Source of the DNA: a virus
Lineage: Duplodnaviria; Caudoviricetes
Strand: one strand, 5' to 3'
IMG/VR virus record: IMGVR_UViG_3300046003_002580
Coordinates: 1-58,258 of that record
DNA: 58,258 nucleotides
Positions within the stretch are counted from its first letter, which is position 1. Each line of letters opens with the position of its first letter. Positions 44,589-53,895 of the stretch are shown here, piece after piece. A program made the position numbers and the translations under genes. A model generated the notes under the pieces. The model saw only the letters and a program-made list of their open reading frames with translations, ran no database searches and had not been told where the DNA came from.

Positions 44589-45977
44589 ATGAAAATAAAT
44601 TTAAGCGACAAAATCATAGCCTGGCTAGCATTACTCAGCGGATTGACTATATCCGCTGTTGCCATTTGGTACAGTGTGGCAGGACTGGTCAGTATTTTTG
44701 CTGCCGCAGTGATCCCCATCATTGTCATGGGTGTGGCTCTAGAGATTAGCAAACTGATTGCCACTGTATGGTTGAAATTAAATTGGACACGAGCTCCAGT
44801 TTTTATTAGAACATACCTGTTAGTGGCCATTGCCGTATTGATGCTGATCACCAGTATGGGTATCTTCGGCTTCTTGTCAAAGGCACATAGCGATGCTGGT
44901 CTAGTGTCCGGCGATGTAATGGCCAAGATCAGCGTCTACGATGAAAAGATTAAAACAGCCAAAGACAATATAGATGCTAACCGCAAGGCACTGAAACAAA
45001 TGGACGAAGCTGTGGACCAAATCATGGGACGCAGTAGTGATGAAAAAGGTGCTGACAAAGCGGTACAGATCCGCAGAAGTCAAGCCAAAGAGCGTGGCCG
45101 CTTACAGGCAGAGATTGCAGCCGAACAGAAAACAATTGCCAGCCTCAACGAAGCCCGTGCCCCTATTGCCGCAGAAGTTCGCAAAGTTGAAGCTGAAGTC
45201 GGACCTATAAAATATATTGCTAATTTTATCTACGGTGATAATCCAGACGCTAATATTCTAGAGAAAGCAGTTACCTGGGTAATCATTATTATTGTTTCGG
45301 TATTTGATCCGCTAGCCGTTATTCTGTTGTTGGCAAGCCAATACAGTTTTCAATGGTTTCGCCAAGCTCGAGAAGAACAACCTGCGGAGGGTGACAGCCC
45401 ACCAGAGCCTGAACCTGTCGTAGACAACCAGCCACTCACTGTCACAGAACAACCTGTGGAAGATGATTTTAAATTCCTTGCAGAGTACGAGCCGGAACCT
45501 ATCCCTTGTGTAAAATGTGGAACATCGTTGACTGAAGTTCCTAGCATCGGTCTTGTTTGTGCCAATCCTGACTGCGACCCTCCTGTTCAAGAAATAATAG
45601 AAGAAGAGAAAGAAGAAGAGAAAGAAGATCACGAAATAATGGCCTCTGCCGAAGTCGGTGAAAAAACTATAATGGCAGCATGGAAACATGATCATCCGGA
45701 CAGCAGTTTAAAGCTACAACGCCGTTTACTCGAGCGTGGATTAATCAATAAACTTCCTTGGGAAAACTACCTATCACCGAAAGCAGATTTTATAGACGAA
45801 GCCGCAGAAGAAGCAGCCAAGTGGGCCGAAGAGCAAAGAACAAAAGCTGCTGGCATAGGTTACATGGAAAATGTAGACGGACAGCAAGTTAAGAAAACCA
45901 TTGAAGGTTACACACAAAACGCTGAACAAAATGAAAGCACTATTTGGCAGCGTGTAAAGAAAGCAAAAGGCGAATAA
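44589..45977 (+). CDS. Membrane protein with coiled coil, Zn ribbon and acidic tail
   Basis: TM helices, ITSMGIFGFLSKAH, EVGPIKY, VFDPLAV, CVKC...C. Confidence 0.75.
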   Translation: MKINLSDKIIAWLALLSGLTISAVAIWYSVAGLVSIFAAAVIPIIVMGVALEISKLIATVWLKLNWTRAPVFIRTYLLVAIAVLMLITSMGIFGFLSKAHSDAGLVSGDVMAKISVYDEKIKTAKDNIDANRKALKQMDEAVDQIMGRSSDEKGADKAVQIRRSQAKERGRLQAEIAAEQKTIASLNEARAPIAAEVRKVEAEVGPIKYIANFIYGDNPDANILEKAVTWVIIIIVSVFDPLAVILLLASQYSFQWFRQAREEQPAEGDSPPEPEPVVDNQPLTVTEQPVEDDFKFLAEYEPEPIPCVKCGTSLTEVPSIGLVCANPDCDPPVQEIIEEEKEEEKEDHEIMASAEVGEKTIMAAWKHDHPDSSLKLQRRLLERGLINKLPWENYLSPKADFIDEAAEEAAKWAEEQRTKAAGIGYMENVDGQQVKKTIEGYTQNAEQNESTIWQRVKKAKGE

Positions 45978-46360
45978 TGAGTGACAAAGTCCTGCTGGTC
46001 ACAGCACCCGACGATACCCCAATCGATGCAATCAGACTTTTACTAGTGGACCTCACTCCAGAGCACACACAGGTGATTTCTGATGCTCTAAACGAATTTA
46101 CAGCTATACCTAATATTGTTGCTTATATTTGGAGAACCGGTGATTCAGTAGATTGGCTGCTAGATAAAAAACACAAGAGTCACAGTATTATCTTTAATGC
46201 AGACAGCGAAGACCACATGATTACAGGTTATATGGCAGCTCAGTCAAATTCGCAGTATTTTGGCCTACTAAAAACTTTACGGAATGTGAACAATAATGCT
46301 ATATATAATGTTAACGACTGTGTAAGTCTTATCAATAACCTAATAATTAGATATGAATAA
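45977..46360 (+). CDS. Hypothetical protein
   Basis: Coupled ORF, VTAPDD. Confidence 0.65.
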   Translation: MSDKVLLVTAPDDTPIDAIRLLLVDLTPEHTQVISDALNEFTAIPNIVAYIWRTGDSVDWLLDKKHKSHSIIFNADSEDHMITGYMAAQSNSQYFGLLKTLRNVNNNAIYNVNDCVSLINNLIIRYE

Positions 46361-46586
46361 TAAAAAACCATTTGGTAGAGTAGTAGTACTCAAAGAAAAC
46401 GAAAACATCAGCCAAGCTCTTCGCCGCTTCAAGAAGAAGGTTGAAGACAGTGGTGTTCTAGACGAACTTAGACAAAAAGAGTTCTATGAAAAACCAACAA
46501 CCAAACGCAAACGCCTAAAAGGTGCTGCCAAGGCCCGTTGGAACAAAAAACTTCGTGAAAACGAATTACCTAAAAAAATGTTTTAA
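46353..46586 (+). CDS. rpsU: 30S ribosomal protein bS21
   Basis: ALRRFKKKV...ELRQKEFYEKPTTKRKR. Confidence 0.9.
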   Translation: MNNKKPFGRVVVLKENENISQALRRFKKKVEDSGVLDELRQKEFYEKPTTKRKRLKGAAKARWNKKLRENELPKKMF

Positions 46587-46590
46587 TCTA

Positions 46591-46619
46591 TTGACTATTG
46601 GTCAGAAAGGTAGTATAAT
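46591..46619 (+). promoter_or_regulatory. sigma70 promoter TTGACT-17-TATAAT; leaderless mRNA likely
   Basis: ATG 6 nt after the -10. Confidence 0.8.
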
Positions 46620-46625
46620 AACTGT

Positions 46626-47207
46626 ATGCAAACAGATATTATGATAGACTTGGAAACACTAGATGTTCTCCCCACAGCAACCATTTTAACCATCGGAGCA
46701 GTTAAGTTTGATCCTTTTGGCGACGACATAAACGAAAAGAAAGCTGAAAAGTTTTATGTTCGTGTAGATGTCGACAGTTGCGATGCACTCGGCGGCACCG
46801 TTAGCCAAAGTACACTAGACTGGTGGGCTCAGCAAGAAAAGGCTGCACAAGACGAAGCCTTTGATCCTGCTAATCGTATTTCAATCACAGATGCCATGGC
46901 ACAACTTTACAAGTTCTGTTGGGGTGCCAAGCGTGTTTGGAGTCACGGTGCAGGATTTGATGTTCCTATTTGTGAGTACTATTATCGTAAAACTGGAAAA
47001 GCCATTCCATGGCAGTTCTGGGAATCACGATGCACTCGAACATTGTTTGACATCGGTATTAATCCCAACCGCCCTCCTGTGCTAAAACATCATGCTCTAG
47101 AAGATGCGTGGAATCAAGCGGTAGGTGTTCAAAATGTACTGAGGGCACTCCGCACTACCACTAAGTATGACGGCGGATTAATTGTGCCGTTTGCAAATCA
47201 AAGGTAA
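46626..47207 (+). CDS. DEDDh 3'-5' exonuclease (Rv2179c/exonuclease VIII-like)
   Basis: MIDLETL, IGAVKFD, GAGFD, HHALEDA. Confidence 0.85.
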   Translation: MQTDIMIDLETLDVLPTATILTIGAVKFDPFGDDINEKKAEKFYVRVDVDSCDALGGTVSQSTLDWWAQQEKAAQDEAFDPANRISITDAMAQLYKFCWGAKRVWSHGAGFDVPICEYYYRKTGKAIPWQFWESRCTRTLFDIGINPNRPPVLKHHALEDAWNQAVGVQNVLRALRTTTKYDGGLIVPFANQR

Positions 47208-47210
47208 TAT

Positions 47211-47495
47211 ATGGATAGTCAAACTAAAGAAGTAATGGACATTCTACAAGAAGAGTGTGCAGAAGTTATACAAGCGGTAAGCAAGATCAGCAGATTTGGA
47301 CTTGATAATCTCAAGCCAGGCAAACCCAAAACTAACAGGGAACACTTGGAAGAAGAGCTAGGCGACCTGTATGCCATGATTGAAATCCTGCAAGAACTAG
47401 ATGTAGTTAGCTGGGCTAATATTGAACAAGCTGCCGCAGCCAAGCGTGAAAAATTAAAAATTTGGTCAAATATCTTTAAAACAGAAAATATTTGA
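47211..47495 (+). CDS. MazG-like NTP pyrophosphohydrolase
   Basis: EECAEVIQA...LEEELGDL. Confidence 0.8.
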   Translation: MDSQTKEVMDILQEECAEVIQAVSKISRFGLDNLKPGKPKTNREHLEEELGDLYAMIEILQELDVVSWANIEQAAAAKREKLKIWSNIFKTENI

Positions 47496-47559
47496 TATAA
47501 ATAAAATCGTAAACTGTACCAATAGGGCAGTTCATAGAGCATAGTGCTCACAAATTAGA

Positions 47560-47577
47560 TCTTACTTTATAAGGAGA
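47560..47577 (+). promoter_or_regulatory. ROSE-like RBS-occluding hairpin (candidate RNA thermometer) before dnaK
   Basis: TCTTACTTTATAAGGAGA, identical to 49520-49537. Confidence 0.55.
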
Positions 47578-47584
47578 TGACATC

Positions 47585-49483
47585 ATGTCAAAGATCATCG
47601 GTATTGACCTCGGCACCACCAACTCATGTGTGGCAATCGTCGAAAACGGAAACCCCAAAGTTATTGAAAATTCAGAAGGTGCTAGAACTACACCTAGTAT
47701 TGTTGCCTATGCCAACGACGAAATTCTTGTAGGTGCAAGTGCAAAGCGTCAGTCAGTTACTAATCCCAAGAATACAATTTATGCTGCCAAGCGACTAATT
47801 GGTCGCAAGTTCACTGAAAAAGCAGTTCAGAAAGACATCGATCTAATGCCTTACGAAATCATGGAAGCCAAGAACGGCGATGCATGGGTTCGTGCTACAG
47901 GTAAAGAATTAGCACCACCACAAATTTCAGCGGAAGTTCTTCGCAAGATGAAGAAGACCGCAGAGGACTATCTAGGACATGAAGTTACCCAAGCAGTTAT
48001 CACAGTTCCTGCGTACTTTAACGACAGCCAAAGACAGGCAACTAAGGACGCTGGCCAAATTGCCGGCTTGGAAGTACTTCGTATTATTAATGAACCTACT
48101 GCGGCAGCTCTTGCTTATGGTGTTGACAAAGCTGACAGTAAAGATCGCAAAATTGCTGTTTACGACCTCGGTGGCGGTACTTTCGATGTATCGATTATTG
48201 AAATCGCGAATGTCGAAGGCGATAAGCAGATCGAAGTACTAAGCACCAACGGAGACACATTCCTTGGAGGTGAAGACTTTGACCAACGCATTATGGATTT
48301 CTTAGTCGACGAGTTCAAGAAAGAAAATGCTGTTGACTTAAAACAAGATGTTTTGGCACTCCAGCGTCTGAAAGAAGCTGCTGAAAAAGCCAAGATTGAA
48401 TTGTCTAGTTCTGCACAGACCAGTGTCAACTTGCCTTACATCACAGCAGATGCCAGCGGCCCTAAGCACATGAATGTGACTATTAGTCGTAGCAAACTAG
48501 AAAGCCTAGTTGACGAACTAATTCAACGCAGTATCGAACCTTGCCGTACAGCCATGAAAGATGCAGGCGTTACTGCCGCAGACATCGACGAAGTTATTCT
48601 AGTCGGAGGCATGACTCGTATGCCTAAGGTGCAAGAAGCAGTTGAGAAATTGTTTGGCAAAGCACCACGCAAAGATGTCAACCCAGACGAAGCAGTTGCC
48701 GCAGGCGCAGCTATTCAAGGTGCAGTGTTAGGCGGCGACCGTACTGATGTGTTGTTGCTAGATGTGACTCCATTGTCATTGGGCATTGAAACACTAGGCG
48801 GAGTGATGAGCAAGATCATCCAGAAGAACACAACTATTCCTACTAAGGGACAGCAGACATTCTCAACAGCAGATGACAATCAGCCAGCAGTTGACATTAA
48901 GGTGTTCCAAGGTGAGCGTGAACTTGTACAACACAACAAGTTGTTAGGTGAATTCAAACTAGACGGTATTCAACCACAACGCCGTGGCCAGCCACAGATT
49001 GAAGTTACTTTCGACATTGATGCCAACGGTATCATGCACATTGCTGCCAAGGATAAAACCACAGGCAAAGAAAACAAGATCACTATCAAATCAGATAGCG
49101 GTCTAAGCAAAGCAGAAATTGAACGTATGATTCAAGAAGCTGAAATCAATGCAGAAAGCGATAAGAAGGCTCGCGCCTTAATCGACACACGCAATTCAGC
49201 AGAAGCACAGCTACACGAAGTTCGTAAGGATCTAGCTGACCACGGTGATAAAATTACTGAGGAACAGAAGACAGAAATTGAGACAGTGATCAAAGCAGTT
49301 GAAGAAGCTACCAAAGGCGAAGACGCTGAAAAGATTACAGAAGAGCTCAACAAAGTATATCCGGCAATGAAAGCATTGTTGGATGCCAAGACTGCCGCAG
49401 AACAGGCTGCTCAACAACCAGCAGCCGAAGCCAAAGCAGAAGACAATGTGGTCGACGCTACTTTCACAGAGAATAAGGCCTAA
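47585..49483 (+). CDS. dnaK: Chaperone Hsp70
   Basis: [33 protein letters not shown]. Confidence 0.99.
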   Translation: MSKIIGIDLGTTNSCVAIVENGNPKVIENSEGARTTPSIVAYANDEILVGASAKRQSVTNPKNTIYAAKRLIGRKFTEKAVQKDIDLMPYEIMEAKNGDAWVRATGKELAPPQISAEVLRKMKKTAEDYLGHEVTQAVITVPAYFNDSQRQATKDAGQIAGLEVLRIINEPTAAALAYGVDKADSKDRKIAVYDLGGGTFDVSIIEIANVEGDKQIEVLSTNGDTFLGGEDFDQRIMDFLVDEFKKENAVDLKQDVLALQRLKEAAEKAKIELSSSAQTSVNLPYITADASGPKHMNVTISRSKLESLVDELIQRSIEPCRTAMKDAGVTAADIDEVILVGGMTRMPKVQEAVEKLFGKAPRKDVNPDEAVAAGAAIQGAVLGGDRTDVLLLDVTPLSLGIETLGGVMSKIIQKNTTIPTKGQQTFSTADDNQPAVDIKVFQGERELVQHNKLLGEFKLDGIQPQRRGQPQIEVTFDIDANGIMHIAAKDKTTGKENKITIKSDSGLSKAEIERMIQEAEINAESDKKARALIDTRNSAEAQLHEVRKDLADHGDKITEEQKTEIETVIKAVEEATKGEDAEKITEELNKVYPAMKALLDAKTAAEQAAQQPAAEAKAEDNVVDATFTENKA

Positions 49484-49519
49484 TTGTCAAATAGGGGGTA
49501 CTTTCGAGGCCCCCATTGT

Positions 49520-49537
49520 TCTTACTTTATAAGGAGA
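49520..49537 (+). promoter_or_regulatory. ROSE-like RBS-occluding hairpin before hsp20
   Basis: Same 18-mer as before dnaK. Confidence 0.55.
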
Positions 49538-49542
49538 CTATT

Positions 49543-49980
49543 ATGAACAATCAACAACTAACTAGACTAGACTCGCTCAGCAGAGCATTAATTGGTTTTG
49601 ACACAATGTTTGATCAAATGGAACGTAGATTTGCAAACCAAGTGTCTACCAACTATCCACCATTTAATATTGTTAAATGGAATGAAGATCAGTACGAAAT
49701 TCAAATCGCAATCACAGGCTTTGAGAAAGAAGAAATCAGAGTAGAAGTTGAGCAAAATCAACTGACTGTATATGGTGAATCTACAGATATGTCTTTAGGC
49801 GATGCCATGTACATTCATCGTGGACTTGCTACACGAGATTTTGAAAGAACCTTTACTCTAGCAGAGCACATGGAAGTCAAAGGTGCTGCAACTAAAAACG
49901 GTATGTTGAGAATTCAAATTTTCCGCAACATTCCGGAATCGGCAAAACCCAAGATCATCGATATCGTGGAAATTAAATAA
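49543..49980 (+). CDS. Small heat shock protein (IbpA/Hsp20)
   Basis: IGFD, YPPFNI, HRGLATRDF-x2-TF-x-LAEH, NGML. Confidence 0.95.
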   Translation: MNNQQLTRLDSLSRALIGFDTMFDQMERRFANQVSTNYPPFNIVKWNEDQYEIQIAITGFEKEEIRVEVEQNQLTVYGESTDMSLGDAMYIHRGLATRDFERTFTLAEHMEVKGAATKNGMLRIQIFRNIPESAKPKIIDIVEIK

Positions 49981-50022
49981 AAAACAGGGGGAAGGAAACT
50001 TCCCCCACCCCAAGGAGGAAAT

Positions 50023-50322
50023 ATGGGCACAGAAATTCAAACAGAAGAAAAAATAGCAGTATCATTACAACCTCCTAGTCTTTGGAAGGTTATATTTCTC
50101 AACGACGATTCAACTCCTATGGAGTTTGTAATCGAACTGTTGACATCAATATTCAAACACACAGAAACTTCAGCCAAAGAAGTCACACTAGAAGTACACA
50201 ATACCGGCAGCGGCATAGCTGGCGTTTATGCACATGAAATTGCAGAACAACTAGGCATCGAAGCTACAAAATCAGCTAGATCCAACGGCTTTCAACTTCA
50301 AATCAATATTGAACAAGAATGA
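50023..50322 (+). CDS. clpS: Clp protease adaptor
   Basis: KVIFLNDDSTPMEFV...LEVH-x2-G. Confidence 0.92.
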   Translation: MGTEIQTEEKIAVSLQPPSLWKVIFLNDDSTPMEFVIELLTSIFKHTETSAKEVTLEVHNTGSGIAGVYAHEIAEQLGIEATKSARSNGFQLQINIEQE

Positions 50323-50570
50323 CCTTTAATGATATCAAAATCTTATGGCATCTTTCGTCGGGTGCTAAAAGATTTGGATATTGGATAATGATAAGAAATC
50401 ATAGTCCTAAAAAAGGACAGGCAGCAAGAAAAGGAATCGTTGCATTTTTTCAAGCAGGACTAGGACCTATGGGAGTTCGTTGGCAGTATCAAAAATGCAG
50501 TAACGGTGACTACATTCTTAAACTAGATGATGAAAGAGATTTCTTATTTTTTCTGCTCAAGATAAAATAG
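50319..50570 (+). CDS. Hypothetical protein
   Basis: ATGA-coupled ORF. Confidence 0.5.
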   Translation: MTFNDIKILWHLSSGAKRFGYWIMIRNHSPKKGQAARKGIVAFFQAGLGPMGVRWQYQKCSNGDYILKLDDERDFLFFLLKIK

Positions 50571-50587
50571 AATTAAATACACATATT

Positions 50588-51133
50588 ATGAGCCTAAGAG
50601 AAATTACCAAAGACCTCCATCACGAGGCAGAAACTACAACATTTGCCAAGATGCTACTGAGTGGCAAAATTGGCCGAGAAGACTACAGAAACTATCTGTA
50701 CAATTTGTTGGCAATCTATGATCCGATTGAATGGTACTGCCAGCGTCAAGGCTTTCTTGTCACAATGCCCGACTTGCCTAGATTAAAAGGCATCCATGCA
50801 GATTTTCAAGAATTAGATGATGGATCGTATTGCTATCTTACTCCAGCAACACTTGAGTATCAAGCATACTTACATAAACTAGGAAACAATGAACACCGTA
50901 AACATCTTATTAAAGCGCATTTATACTGCCGTCATATGGGCGACCTATTCGGTGGTCAAATCATTAAGAAACAAGTAGCACATATCAGCAAGGGCAAGTT
51001 TTATAATTTTGAAAACGGCGATGCTATGAAAACGGCTATCCGTGTAACACTTACAGACGACCTCGGAGACGAGGCTAGAGTAGCATTTGAATACGCTATT
51101 AAAATGATGCGAGATCTTTACAATGGAGAGTAA
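50588..51133 (+). CDS. Heme oxygenase
   Basis: LREITKDLHHEAE (proximal His), AHLYCRHMGDLFGGQII, AF. Confidence 0.9.
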   Translation: MSLREITKDLHHEAETTTFAKMLLSGKIGREDYRNYLYNLLAIYDPIEWYCQRQGFLVTMPDLPRLKGIHADFQELDDGSYCYLTPATLEYQAYLHKLGNNEHRKHLIKAHLYCRHMGDLFGGQIIKKQVAHISKGKFYNFENGDAMKTAIRVTLTDDLGDEARVAFEYAIKMMRDLYNGE

Positions 51134-51806
51134 AGTCTGGGATACATTAATTGATATTCAAAAATACTTTGAACAGCAGTTCTATGCCACAGGCAGTATT
51201 ATACATGAACCCGGAATGGATCGTTTTAATCAGCCAGGTTGGGTCAACAAAGTTTGGCAAAGTAGTCTCTATCGTAGAGCACATATTGATGTGGTAGATG
51301 CCCGAGAAACCAAAGGGCTTTGGATGATGCATTGCTGTATTTTTCCGTATACACACAATCCTGCACCTATTTTTGGCTTTGATGTAATTGCTGGTAAAAA
51401 TAAAATCACCGGTTGTTTTATTGATTATAGTCCTGCTGGGGATACCGAACATCCGATGATTGAATACTTTGGAGACGAAGTAGGTCGCTACGAATGGAAT
51501 AAAAAGCGTAAATTACCGGAGTGGGCAGAGCGTATTTTCAGCGAACATATGGTAGCCGCAGGAAATGTGAACGATGAGAACGAATTAAAGCAACTTATAA
51601 GTTTGGCACATATTTTAGTTAATCACTACCTAGAAACAGTAGGCGAAACTAACAATACTGCTAATAATACTACAGAAGCACAGAACTACTACTGCGAAAA
51701 TCAGAAGCAAAACCCACATACCCCCAAAGTTATGGTTAGTCTAGGGCTAAGTGAAGACGATGTACAGGTGTTTATACAGGATTGCCTGTTCCCTGAAATA
51801 CGATAA
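51123..51806 (+). CDS. Ferredoxin-dependent bilin reductase, PcyA/PcyX-like
   Basis: RRAHI...MMHCCIFP...PIFGFD...DYSP...LPEWAERIFS...QNYYC-x2-Q-x2-NPHT; coupled to heme oxygenase. Confidence 0.85.
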   Translation: MESKVWDTLIDIQKYFEQQFYATGSIIHEPGMDRFNQPGWVNKVWQSSLYRRAHIDVVDARETKGLWMMHCCIFPYTHNPAPIFGFDVIAGKNKITGCFIDYSPAGDTEHPMIEYFGDEVGRYEWNKKRKLPEWAERIFSEHMVAAGNVNDENELKQLISLAHILVNHYLETVGETNNTANNTTEAQNYYCENQKQNPHTPKVMVSLGLSEDDVQVFIQDCLFPEIR

Positions 51807-51814
51807 ATAACTGT

Positions 51815-52933
51815 ATGAGAGCCTTTGAATTCCTTTTAGAAAAATCTACCGCCCCCACTGATCCTAACGCAGTGCCTGGAGATCCCTCCACAGATCCTTT
51901 GTATAATCTTAAATTAGCTGTTGCTCATAAGATTAAAGAAATGCCAATAAATCCTGCAACTGAAAAAGCCTTGCACGAAGTTGAAGATCTGTTAAGTAGA
52001 ATCATGGCAGGTGGCCGATCAGAATCAGTCTCTGGTGAATTACAGGCTATCAATGATCCGGATGTAAATGCCGCCCAAAAATTACTGGCCAAATATATTA
52101 TAAGTATGGAATCATCTCCTGCAGATCGTGCTGCAATGATGAAGCAGTGGGCAACTGAGGAAGGACTAGTAAACATAAAAACCCTGTTAACACCGGGAAA
52201 AAATACTGTAGCTACTATTGTCAACGGATACACCAAGAACCCAGCAATCAAAGAGCTGACAGATGATCTATCAGGTGTTGCCAGCCTTGGTCAAGGTAAA
52301 GGAGAATTCTTGCTATCAGTATTCTCTAAAATGATTACTAAGGCAAAGAAAGGTGACTTAGCTATCGAAGGATTTGGTAATCTTGAAGTTAAAACTACTG
52401 ATGTAGGTGCTGCTCGATTCTACGATCAACAGGTTCGCCCAACCAAATCTTTTCAAGGTGCAGTCAACGATTTTATTGCTACCTACAAAGAAACAATTAA
52501 TACTGCTAAATTAATGAGTCCAACAGGTATGAATTTAGATCAGTTGATTTCTTTGAGAAAAGCCTTGCCCCCAGAAAACAATCCAGAATTTAAAGAAAAG
52601 TTGTCGGCAGTGATTTCTAATATTTTCGCAACAAACGCAGATTTGGCACAGCCAATAATTGATGCTATTATGGTAGATAATTTAAATCAAGCAAAGCAGC
52701 GTTATGCAGTAGCCTGTCTTAATAACTATATGGCGGCTAAAGTTGACGATAAAGGCATGCTGGTTATCAATCTTACCAAAAATCCATTTAGCTTTGTATT
52801 CTTCACTGATAATCAAACACTAAATGCAGGCGGAATGCGGTTACACGCCAGTACAGCGTATCCTGTAACAAACGATCCAAGAAATGCATATCCACAAACG
52901 GATATTGTAGACACTTCTCGGGCTCAAGAATAA
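51815..52933 (+). CDS. Hypothetical protein with PD-(D/E)XK nuclease-like motif
   Basis: GKGEFLL...KGDL...LEVKT; N-terminus MRAFEFLLE. Confidence 0.55.
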   Translation: MRAFEFLLEKSTAPTDPNAVPGDPSTDPLYNLKLAVAHKIKEMPINPATEKALHEVEDLLSRIMAGGRSESVSGELQAINDPDVNAAQKLLAKYIISMESSPADRAAMMKQWATEEGLVNIKTLLTPGKNTVATIVNGYTKNPAIKELTDDLSGVASLGQGKGEFLLSVFSKMITKAKKGDLAIEGFGNLEVKTTDVGAARFYDQQVRPTKSFQGAVNDFIATYKETINTAKLMSPTGMNLDQLISLRKALPPENNPEFKEKLSAVISNIFATNADLAQPIIDAIMVDNLNQAKQRYAVACLNNYMAAKVDDKGMLVINLTKNPFSFVFFTDNQTLNAGGMRLHASTAYPVTNDPRNAYPQTDIVDTSRAQE

Positions 52934-52968
52934 CTGAGTTTCATTAAATAGCTATATAAATAGCTAAC

Positions 52969-53337
52969 ATGGAAATCTTACTCCTATTATTACTTTTTCA
53001 GATCAAGCACTGGTACGCTGATTTCAAAATCCAGACCTACATGCAGACCGTTAAAAAAGGTGTGTGGTTAGATCCTATTGGCATAAGCCATACACTGGAT
53101 CATATCTGGACAACTCTAGTGGTTTTGTTTGTGTTCAGTTTTTTACATCCCATTGCCGTTACTGCTATTATTACCATTGCAGTCTGTGAAGGCGTATACC
53201 ACTATATAGTTGACTACACCAAGGTAAAGTATGGTTGCAAAGACAATACTAAACCCCTATTCTGGAACCAATTCGGTCTAGACCAACTAGCGCATCAAGC
53301 ATCTTACTTGGTCATTGCGGCCTATGTCTGCCTTTAG
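52969..53337 (+). CDS. DUF3307 membrane protein
   Basis: KH-x2-ADF-x2-QT...H...HYIVDY-x-K...GLDQLAH. Confidence 0.85.
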   Translation: MEILLLLLLFQIKHWYADFKIQTYMQTVKKGVWLDPIGISHTLDHIWTTLVVLFVFSFLHPIAVTAIITIAVCEGVYHYIVDYTKVKYGCKDNTKPLFWNQFGLDQLAHQASYLVIAAYVCL

Positions 53338-53406
53338 ATAACTCATAGTTTAATCTAGAACAACTCCTGCTAAATATTACTATCGTATACCGGGAGCGAA
53401 TCGGAA

Positions 53407-53886
53407 ATGAAAAAAATCTTAGTGACACTAAGTGTATTGCTGTCAGCGTCTCTATCTCAGGCAGAGCTAGTACAACAATTTAAAAATCCAGCATTCAGCG
53501 GCATTGGCTTCAGCAGTCATGTGTTGACCATTGACAGCATAGAAAAATCACGCCGTGATGCAATCGAAGCAGATAAAAAATCTGCCATTGCCAAAGCAGA
53601 AGCAGAACTGCTAAACACACCTTTGAATAGATTTATGAGTCTATTCCAAAGTCAAATATATGCTCAACTTGCCACACAGTTAAGCAATAACCTATTCACA
53701 AACAAATGTTCAGCCGCAGATGGCACAGCAATTCCAGGTTGTGTAAATCCAACAACAGGTACTTTTGCCCTAGACGGTAACACAGTTACTTGGGCCAAGG
53801 CCAACGACAAAGTCACACTGACCGTGGTAGATGCCAAAGGCACTGTTACTACAGTAGTAGTTCCAATTGCCAGCTTTAGTTTTTAA
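53407..53886 (+). CDS. csgF: Curli assembly protein CsgF-like
   Basis: Signal peptide followed by ELVQQFKNPAFSG; adjacent to csgG. Confidence 0.8.
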   Translation: MKKILVTLSVLLSASLSQAELVQQFKNPAFSGIGFSSHVLTIDSIEKSRRDAIEADKKSAIAKAEAELLNTPLNRFMSLFQSQIYAQLATQLSNNLFTNKCSAADGTAIPGCVNPTTGTFALDGNTVTWAKANDKVTLTVVDAKGTVTTVVVPIASFSF

Positions 53887-53895
53887 GGATAAAAT

